A DNA stretch of 63,676 nucleotides, filler included, from Actinobacteria bacterium UBA7524 (GTDB taxonomy: Bacteria; Actinomycetota; Coriobacteriia; Anaerosomatales; UBA912): NCBI GenBank assembly GCA_002478275.1. It is 7 parts of 6 records of this genome, joined end to end, with 100 filler letters (N's around TTAATTAATTAA, not from the genome) between each part and the next. Parts side by side here need not be neighbours in the genome. Positions count along the whole stretch, not along the records: positions 11,521 to 37,275 come from DLMY01000003.1; 6 more parts are not named here. The stretch is one strand, 5' to 3'. The notes below the pieces were generated by a model. It searched no databases and was not told the origin of the DNA. It saw only the letters and a program-made list of their open reading frames with translations. Each line of letters starts with the position of its first letter. Position 1 is the first letter of the stretch. This document shows, one piece after another, positions 29,101 to 37,375 of this stretch. Made by a program: the position numbers and the translations under genes.

Positions 29101-31970
29101 GGTTCCGCGTTCGGCGACCAGCTCAGTGCGATCGCTCCACCACCATCGCCGGACACGTCGGCGGCGACCAAACCGACAGGAGCGAGAGGCGCGACATCGT
29201 CGACGGGCGAAGCCCATACGGGCGCTGATTCGGGCGACATGTTCCCGGATGTGTCTACCGCGACTGCGGTGAATCGGTACAGTAGGCCATTGGTAAGTCC
29301 GCTCACCGATCCCACGAGGTCGAGCGCGGCAAGTTCAATGGTCGCAACAAGCGTCCCGTCTGCCGCATACGCGTAGACGAGATAGCCGTCGAGGTCCTCG
29401 TCGGCCACCGGCACAAGTGTCACGAGGACCGTACCAGCTTCATCCATGGGCGCATCCACGGCAGACATGATCGTCGGTGTCGCAGGGGGTAGGTCGTCCG
29501 TTGCTATCGCCACGGCGGGTTCACTTGGAACGGACAGGTTCCCCGATTCGTCGTACGCGCGCACCACGTAGGTGCGCTCAACCGCCCCAGCACTCGTATC
29601 CTCGTAGCTTGTGGCCGATGTGTCGGCGATCAGTTCACCATCCCTGAACAGCAGGTAGCCCGCGAGATCCGGTGCGTCCGAGGGCGTCCATGTCACATCG
29701 ATGACACCACCCTGATCCCCCGGGTGATCTTGCGCCGTGACGCTCACCGCGTCAGGCGGCAGCTCGTCGTTGGCCGTAGCGGTCACCACGGCACTCGGAA
29801 GCGATTCGTTGCCGTTCACGTCGAAGGCAAACACCGTAAACGAATACGACCCACCCACGACCAGCCCCTCGAAGAGCTGTGAGGTCGAAAACCCGGTGTC
29901 GATCGTGGCAACGACTTCGCCTGATTCGTTCACACATCTGAGCTTGTAGCCGGCGAGGTCCGGTTCCTCGTTGGCCGTCCACGACACAACGATGCGACCG
30001 CCCTGATCCGGGATCACATCCGTCGCGGTGACGTCCGCCGGCGCCGCTGGAGCCAGGTCGTCTATCGGCGTGCAAGTGGCTTCGATCGCCGTCGACAGGT
30101 TCCCCGATGGGTCGAACGCCGCAACCGTCACCAGATGCTCAGACCCCGTGGACAACCCTTCGAACACGACCTGGACAGGGATCGTCACGTCTCGCGAGGC
30201 GACCGTATCGCCGGAAGGCCCGTACACGACCAACCGATAGCCCGCTACATCGACCGAGATGCTTCCGATCCACTCGACCGCCAGAGCACCACCCTGATCA
30301 TCTGGTACGTCTACGACAGTGATGCCGAGCGGGGGCGATGGCGCGAGATCGTCGGTGGAACCGGCCAGCGCCACGTCGCTGGGCGTCGAGGCGTTGCCTG
30401 CCAAGTCCACAGCGATGATCTGATAGGCATAGGTCGAGCCGACCATCGCGAAATGGTCGACCCATTCAGTGTCAGGAGCTGGGACGTACGCGACCGGTAT
30501 CGCACCAGCCATCGCGACGAGAGGATCGACGCCTGGCGAAACGAGAGCACGGTATAGGACGTAGCCGTCGAGATCGGGCTCCGGATTCGGGTGCCATGCT
30601 AGCGCGATCGAGCCGCCCTCGTCGTCTGGAACATCCCGGGCGGTCAAACCGACCGGGGCGTCCGGAGCAAGGTCGTCGACGGGAACGGCCGTGACGGGTT
30701 CGCACGAATCGCCCTCGTTGCCGAAAACGTCACGTGCCGACAGAGAGAACTCGTATGTCCTGCCCGGCACGAGGTCTCCAACGGTGAACGTGATCGAGTC
30801 GGCTGGGAGTCCGATGGTCCAGGTTTCCATTTCAACCGTGTCGACCACCCTGAGCGAGTATCCCGCGAGATCAGGTTCCGTGTTCCCCTGCCATTCGACA
30901 ACGAGCGCGGTGCCCTGGTCAGCCGGTACGTCTCGTACCGACAGTCCTGTGGGGGTCTTCGGGGCAAGATCGTCGGTCGGAGTCGCTGAAGCGATGGAAG
31001 ACAGGTCGCTCTCTTGTCCGGCATCATCGAGGGCACTCACTGCATAGTGGTAGGTAGTGCCATCCTGTAGTCCTGTGTCCACGTAGTTCAAGGCGTGCTC
31101 CACGGTGGCGACCAATGCGAATGACCCCGTGGACTCGATGGAACGATAGACGCGGTAGCTATGCACATCGGCTTCGCCGACCGTCTGCCAGTCCAGCCGG
31201 ACCGCACCGCCTTCGTCTTGCGGGACATCGGCAGCGACAAGCCCGAACGGCGACTCAGGTCGCGGATCGTCACCGAGTTCGATCACGATCCGTCCCGACG
31301 TTTCATCAGTGTTGCCCGCGCAGTCGCTGACTGACAGCGTCACGATGTACTCGCCAGGGGAGTTCCACGAGTGCACAACGATCGGCTCTGTCGAGACCGA
31401 ATCGAAGACTCCATCCGATTCGAAGTCCCAGGAAAACGTGTCAAGCATGCCCTTCTCATCGTACGAACCCGAGCCGTCAAGTGTCACGCTCTCTCCGACG
31501 ACGGCGTACTGTGGCGTCTCCAGCACGGCGATCGGCGGCCATTTGTCCTCTCGTACGTGAAACCCGCGGCGGTCGATGCTCGTCAGACCCATATCATCGG
31601 TCACGCGAAGTCGAACGAACTGACATCCTCCGTTTCCGAAGGTGTGCGTGTAGCTGGGATCCAGCGTGAGCGCATCCCAGACGCCGTCGTCATCGATGTC
31701 CCACTCGTACGACACGATCCGACCGTCGGTGTCATGCGACCGAGAGCCGTCGATGACGAACGGCGTACCCGTGTACGCGTTCACCGTACCGCCCATGATC
31801 GCGAGCGGTGGCTTATTGCGAGAATGGCCTGGCGGCGAGGCGCCGGACGGAACAGCTGCGGCAGTCGGAGCGATACTCAGTCCCGCCACAAGCAGCGCCA
31901 CTGTCAAGACTACAGAGATCGCTCGTGTCGCCAGATCGATCCCACGGCGGCAGATACGTCGCAACGTCAC
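23106..31970 (-). CDS. Teneurin-like Rhs/YD-repeat protein (signal peptide, 2 PKD, 8 FN3, TTR/FN-plug-like, NHL propeller, YD shell, RHS core, C-terminal extension)
   Basis: 2954 aa; PKD [10 protein letters not shown]; 8 repeats of D.P.D.GG...W...DLAGY; NHL repeats; many YD repeats; core [44 protein letters not shown]. Confidence 0.92.
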   Translation of the reverse strand: [2954 protein letters not shown]

Positions 31971-32161
31971 CTGGCCTCCCCTTCCCGGTCACGTCCCCCA
32001 AGTCCGGTGATTACCCTCGGGGGTAAGCGTATCAGAAGTGGCGCCGTCGCGAGAAACCGGCCCCCAGACCGAGTCGTGAACTATCACCTGCCCCACGGCC
32101 GCGCCAAACGCGATAGGATATCCCTCGTCACTGACACCACCTACGCCGAGGAGTGCACGTC

Positions 32162-33625
32162 GTGCCCGATACCGTACGAGTCAGGTTCGCACCAAGCCCC
32201 ACAGGCCATCTGCACATAGGCGGCGCACGCACCGCCATCTACAACTGGGCGTTCGCGCGTCATCACGGCGGTTCGTTCGTCCTGCGCATCGACGACACCG
32301 ACAAGGAACGCTCCACCGAGGAGAACACGGAACAGATACTGCGGTCTCTTGCGTGGCTCGGCCTGGATTGGGACGAGGGTCCCGACATCGGAGGCGACCA
32401 CGGCCCATACCGGCAGACGGAACGCAGCGCGATCTACGCCGAGTCACTCGAGATACTCAAGTCCAACGGCCAGGGGTACCCCTGTTTCTGCACCCAGGAA
32501 TCCCTTGAGCGTAAACGCGACGCCGCCCGCGCCGCCGGCGGCTACTCGGGTTACGACCGGACTTGCCGCGCCATCCCGCGCGAAGAAGCTCTGGCCCGCG
32601 CCACCGCCGGCGAGCCGCACGTCTGGCGCGTGAAGGTTCCGACGGACCGTGACGACATCACGCTTGACGACGTCATCCGCGGCCCTGTGAACTTCCCGCT
32701 GAGCGCCATGGACGACTTCATCCTGGTGCGCACCGACGGCTCCCCCACCTACATGTTCGCCAGCGTGGTCGATGACTGGAAGATGGGCATCACGCACATC
32801 ATCCGCGGCGACGACCATTTGTCCAACACACCTCGCCAGGTCGTGGTGTTCGAGGCCCTGGGTGCTCCGGTCCCCGCGTTCGCCCACATGGGACTGATCT
32901 TCGGCGCCGACGGCAAGCGCCTGTCCAAGCGCCACGGGGCCACGAGCGTCGAGGCGTACCGCGACATGGGTTACCTGCCCGAAGCACTCCTGAACTACCT
33001 CGCCTTGCTCGGTTGGTCTCTCGAGGAGACGAACGTCTTCGACCGCGACACGCTCATCGCCGAGTTCGAGCTTTCACGCGTCTCGAAGAACCCTGCCATC
33101 TGGGATCCGGGCAAACTCGAGTGGATGAACGGCGTCTACCTGCGCGATATGTCCGCCGAGGAGTTCATCGACCGCATCGTGCCGCTGCTGGCAGATGCCG
33201 GACTCATAAGCCCTGCAGAGGCCACCGAACGCCGCGAGTGGCTGCTCGAACTGGCCCCCCTCGTGGCCGAACGAATCAAGACACTCGACGAGCTGGTCCC
33301 CATGGTCGCGTTCCTGTTCACCGAAGACCTCGTGATCGATGAAAGCGCCAAGGAGAAGGTACTGGCGAAGGAAGGCGCGGGCCGTGCTCTGGATGCGGTC
33401 GACTCGGTACTGGCCGACGTAGACATGGTGCCTGAGGCGGTAGAGACCGCGATGCGCGCCTTACCCGAACAGCTCGGCCTCAAGCCCAAGCTCGTCTTCC
33501 AGGCCGCTCGTGTCGCCGTCACCGGCTCGACCGTCTCTCCTCCGCTCTTCGAGTCGATCGTACTTCTGGGTAGGGAGCGTTCCCTGGACAGGCTGCGTCT
33601 CGCCAGGGCCGTTTCGGCCGACTGA
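32162..33625 (+). CDS. gltX: Glutamate--tRNA ligase
   Basis: RFAPSPTGHLHIGG (HIGH motif), IRGDDH and RLSKRHG (KMSKS motif); GTG at 32162 follows GAGGAG. Confidence 0.97.
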   Translation: MPDTVRVRFAPSPTGHLHIGGARTAIYNWAFARHHGGSFVLRIDDTDKERSTEENTEQILRSLAWLGLDWDEGPDIGGDHGPYRQTERSAIYAESLEILKSNGQGYPCFCTQESLERKRDAARAAGGYSGYDRTCRAIPREEALARATAGEPHVWRVKVPTDRDDITLDDVIRGPVNFPLSAMDDFILVRTDGSPTYMFASVVDDWKMGITHIIRGDDHLSNTPRQVVVFEALGAPVPAFAHMGLIFGADGKRLSKRHGATSVEAYRDMGYLPEALLNYLALLGWSLEETNVFDRDTLIAEFELSRVSKNPAIWDPGKLEWMNGVYLRDMSAEEFIDRIVPLLADAGLISPAEATERREWLLELAPLVAERIKTLDELVPMVAFLFTEDLVIDESAKEKVLAKEGAGRALDAVDSVLADVDMVPEAVETAMRALPEQLGLKPKLVFQAARVAVTGSTVSPPLFESIVLLGRERSLDRLRLARAVSAD

Positions 33626-33634
33626 CTGCTGATA

Positions 33635-33663
33635 TTGACAGCCCCATAGCTGCTCGGTAGCAT
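33635..33663 (+). promoter_or_regulatory. Sigma70-type promoter for tRNA-Gln/tRNA-Glu
   Basis: TTGACA, 17-bp spacer, TAGCAT. Confidence 0.8.
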
Positions 33664-33697
33664 AGCAACTCGCGTCCGCGCTCCGGCGCAGAGGCGT

Positions 33698-33773
33698 TGG
33701 GGTGTGGTGTAACTGGCAACACGTCGGATTCTGGTTCCGAAGAGTCTAGGTTCGAGCCCTAGCACCCCAGCCA
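33698..33773 (+). tRNA. tRNA-Gln(CTG)
   Basis: Cloverleaf TGGGGTG...CACCCCAGCCA; anticodon arm TCGGA-TTCTGGT-TCCGA; GGTTCGAG T-loop. Confidence 0.96.
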
Positions 33774-33778
33774 GACGC

Positions 33779-33854
33779 GGCCCGTTCGTCTAGCGGCCTA
33801 GGACACCGCCCTCTCAAGGCGGAGGCACGGGTTCGAACCCCGTACGGGCTACCA
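33779..33854 (+). tRNA. tRNA-Glu(CTC)
   Basis: GGCCCGT...ACGGGCTACCA; anticodon arm CCGCC-CTCTCAA-GGCGG. Confidence 0.96.
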
Positions 33855-33864
33855 CGAGTCTCAC

Positions 33865-33900
33865 GAAACCGTCCCGGTCCGGGGCGGTTTCGCTCGTTTA
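33865..33900 (+). terminator. Terminator after the tRNA pair
   Basis: CGAAACCGTCCCGG/CCGGGGCGGTTTCG hairpin followed by a T-rich tail. Confidence 0.65.
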
Positions 33901-33938
33901 CGGCACTCCTCGGCATACGACCTGCTAGACTATCGTGT

Positions 33939-34286
33939 GGAGTGGGTCAGGCGATCGCGCGTGTCGAGCGTAGGCACGTGAGGAAAGTCCGGACTCCACA
34001 GGGCAGGGTGCCTGCTAACGGCAGGGCGGGGCGACCCGACGGAAAGTGCCACAGAAAAGAAGACTCCACAGGCGGAGACGTCTGCGGAAAAGCTGAAACG
34101 GTGCGGTAAGAGCGCACCAGCGTCGCGGTGACGCGGCGGCTTGGCAAACCCCACCCGGAGCAAGGGCATATAGGAGCGGTCAAGGCTGGCCCGGCCGGCG
34201 CTCGGGTAGCCCGCACGAGGTCATCGGCGACGGTGGTCCCAGATAAATGATCGTCCGCGACAGAATCCGGCTTATCGACCCACTCC
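33939..34286 (+). ncRNA. rnpB: RNase P RNA (bacterial type A)
   Basis: GAGGAAAGTCCGGACTCC, GGAAAGTGCCACAGAAA and ACAGAATCCGGCTTA; P1 GGAGTGGGTC/GACCCACTCC. Confidence 0.97.
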
Positions 34287-34300
34287 CACCGGACACGAGA

Positions 34301-34326
34301 AGGGCGGCCTTCACGGGCCGCCCTTG
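34301..34326. terminator. Bidirectional terminator hairpin after rnpB
   Basis: AAGGGCGGCC-TTCACG-GGCCGCCCTT between convergent genes. Confidence 0.7.
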
Positions 34327-34357
34327 GTGTTGCTGGCTCATATCGAATTCTAGGACC

Positions 34358-35887
34358 CTAGCGCGGTTCCACCCTGACCGCGTTCGGCGCTACCCGGATG
34401 ATCTCGTAGTTACGCACGGTGGTCACGCGAGGGCTCGTCCAGGCCTGGTTGCCGGCCTGATCGATCGCCTGAAGCCTGTACGTGTACGTCATGGACTCGG
34501 GCAACACGCTACCAAGTGAATCCGCGCCGTCCCATGTAAGAGTCGCCCACCCCGGACCGCGAGGGGCGGACCGTGAGGTGTACAACGCGCCGTCCGAGCC
34601 GTAGATGTGAAGGTAGGCGTTGACCGCTTCGGAGACGTGGAAACGCACGTTGACGTTGTCCTTGTAGCCCTCACGGATGATCGGGTAGAACGGTTCGGGA
34701 GACTGTGATATCTGCGAGATCACCGGAGGTGTCTTGTCGAGGAGGAACGATACGCTCTTCGAGACCTCGCGTCCGAACATGTCCGTGACCTTCACAGTGA
34801 AGCTGTGGCGGCCGTTGGCGTAGTCGCGCAGATCGAGTTCAGCGCTGTAGGGTGCCTTGGTCAGCGTTCCGACGAGTGTGCCGTCGATGTAGAACTTCAC
34901 ATTGCGGACACCCGCGTCGTCTTCGGCATTGACCGAGAAGGTGGAGCGTGCGGGCACCCATGCGTCGGCCTTGGGACGGACTATCGAAAGAGTCGGCGGT
35001 TCAGTATCGACCTGGAAGTACGTGGTGACCGGATCGCTGCGGTTCGTGGCCCTGTCCACCGCCCGTACCTGGATCTTGTTGCGACCGGAAGGCAGATCCT
35101 CGATCGTGATATCTCTGCGGGTATGCCCCAAGTGGTAGACGTACGCCGGTTTGCCGTCCTGACGCTCAAGGACCTCGTCGTTGAGGAGGATCTCATACAG
35201 GGCGACTCCGGAGAGCGCGTCGTACTCCTTGTCCTCCCACTCGATCTTGGCCCGGTTCTGGGCGAACCACACATCGCCCGTCGGACCCGTGTAGCCCGAG
35301 CTGGGCTTCGCCACCAGCCGACTTACCGGCAATGGTGGCGTGAGGTCGATGCCGAACGGAGCTGAGACCGTCGTGGTAGCGACCTGGTAATTATCGTAGA
35401 AGCTCCAATGGAACCACCATACGCCTTCGATCGGAACGCGAGCTCCGGGGTACGTCTCCGCGAGGTTCACCGGATCTGACTGGAGGATTCCGTTCACGTC
35501 CAGAGTGTGGTTCATCCATGAACCGGACGAATCCGAGGCGTTGTAGTAGCGTTCCAGGAAATCGCGGTTGATCTGGGTGAATGGATCCCGATCCACCGTG
35601 TAGTAGATGCCGAGGACGAAGAGACCGTCCTCGTTGCGATCGATGGTGGTCCCCTCAGGGAGATTGAGTTTGAACTGTGGATGCAGGGTATTTCCCCATC
35701 CGTAGCGCCACCAGACGTCGGGGTCTGTCCCGTCAATCGGATTCGTGGACGACGAACCGAGAGTCGGACTCGGCCAGTTGTTGATGGCTTCAGGCGAGTA
35801 CGCGAATACGGGTGAAGTCGTCAGAACCATCGCGATCGACGTCGCGACGACAAAAGCGACCGTACGGCGAATCCTGGTGCGAAGCAT
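34358..35887 (-). CDS. Secreted Ig-like domain protein (FN3/Big domains, C-terminal FlgD-Ig-like)
   Basis: Signal peptide ending VFA; DDAGVRNVKFYIDG...APYS Big domain; PEPFYP...LTWDG.D..G..LP...YTYRLQAID. Confidence 0.75.
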   Translation of the reverse strand: MLRTRIRRTVAFVVATSIAMVLTTSPVFAYSPEAINNWPSPTLGSSSTNPIDGTDPDVWWRYGWGNTLHPQFKLNLPEGTTIDRNEDGLFVLGIYYTVDRDPFTQINRDFLERYYNASDSSGSWMNHTLDVNGILQSDPVNLAETYPGARVPIEGVWWFHWSFYDNYQVATTTVSAPFGIDLTPPLPVSRLVAKPSSGYTGPTGDVWFAQNRAKIEWEDKEYDALSGVALYEILLNDEVLERQDGKPAYVYHLGHTRRDITIEDLPSGRNKIQVRAVDRATNRSDPVTTYFQVDTEPPTLSIVRPKADAWVPARSTFSVNAEDDAGVRNVKFYIDGTLVGTLTKAPYSAELDLRDYANGRHSFTVKVTDMFGREVSKSVSFLLDKTPPVISQISQSPEPFYPIIREGYKDNVNVRFHVSEAVNAYLHIYGSDGALYTSRSAPRGPGWATLTWDGADSLGSVLPESMTYTYRLQAIDQAGNQAWTSPRVTTVRNYEIIRVAPNAVRVEPR

Positions 35888-36031
35888 GTTGCTCCCCCGT
35901 CCGTTATCACGAGCGGCGTCTGCTACTACGACTGGTCTGCTATACCGAAAATGATACACCAGAAGATGTATCGGACGCTAACGGATGGTTCTTGACCTCG
36001 AGCGGGACGTTTCGTCACACCGGTAAGGCGG

Positions 36032-37275
36032 TTAGAGACGGGTACGTACCGCCTCGGCCATGGACTTGCCGTCAAGCGCAGTCAGCCGGATGTGTTCTCC
36101 ACCCGCTGCGCGCGCGACTTCCCTGGCGCCACTCACCGAGCGTGGCCCGGAACCGGTGTCCAGAACAAGGGTGTTGATCTTGGCTGCCCTCAAGCGGGCA
36201 GCGACCGCCCGTGCGTCTTCGCTACCGAGCCCTCCGTTGAGACCGACGTTCGCTCTACCATCGGTGACTATCACCAGCCAGGGAATGACATCGGCATCTC
36301 GGCGCGCTTCGGCTTCCAAGAGCTCCATGCTGCGCACCATGCCGGCAGCGAGCGGCGTAGCTCCTCCGGTCGGCAGTGACTTGAGTTTGAGTTGAGCAAG
36401 CTCCACGCTGGCGGTCGGAGCCAGGACGACCTCCGCATCGTCACCCCGGAACGAGACGAGACCGACGCGATCCCTGCGTTGATACGCATCGACGAGCAGA
36501 TCAAGAACAGCGGCCTTGGCTGCATCCATACGATCAGCCGCACCCATCGAGCCGCTCGCGTCCACGCACACGATGATGGAAGCGCCGACCTTGCGCTTGC
36601 GGACTTTGGTCATCACGTCTGAGCGCTCGATGTTGATCGCCATCTCACCATCACGCTGGGACTGGAACGGCGCCGCAGCACGTATGGTGGCGTCGAGCGC
36701 AACGTCGGTTGATGAGCCGCGTGCGGGCTCTGCGCGGGTATACCGGCCCCTGCCATCGTTCGAGACGGTCTCATGGCGCCTGCCGGAGATCGATCGCCTC
36801 ACGTCATCCAGCTGTCGTTCGACGTCGAGCGCGACCGCCGCGACCGCCTGAAGGTCGCCGTCGGCCTGTGCCGTGACCAGTGTAGCGGGCGCGGATTCGC
36901 CGTCACCGGCCGAATCCGGCGTCTGTGAACCGTCCCCCGCTGTAGTGTCGCCGCCGGACAGGACGGACGAGATGCCCGAATGCATCTGCTCCAGTGAGCT
37001 GGCCTCCTCATCGAACGGGTTGCGCCGCAGACGATGAGCCAGGACCAGTCGTGCTACTGCGTGGATGTCGGCACGTTCGACCTCTGTGCGTCCTTCCAGG
37101 GCGGCATGGGCCGTGGCGGCCCGCGACATGATGATGTCGGCCCGGTGTCCGTCGACACCCAACTCTGAGCAGAGTGTCGCAATTACGTGCAGGAGCTCGT
37201 CGGAGGGCTCCATCCCCGGGAGCCGGAGCCTGGCATGCTTGAGTCTCACCTTGAGTTCGTCCTCGGCATCGACCC
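36032..37275 (-). CDS. Magnesium/cobalt chelatase D-subunit-like protein (AAA lid plus VWA), 5' truncated
   Basis: LGVDGHRAD, LAHRLRRNPF, VDASGSM, DAYQRRDRVG, GGATPLA and VTDGRAN. Confidence 0.88.
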
Positions 37276-37375
37276 NNNNNNNNNNNNNNNNNNNNNNNNN
37301 NNNNNNNNNNNNNNNNNNNTTAATTAATTAANNNNNNNNNNNNNNNNNNNNNNNNNNNNNNNNNNNNNNNNNNNN

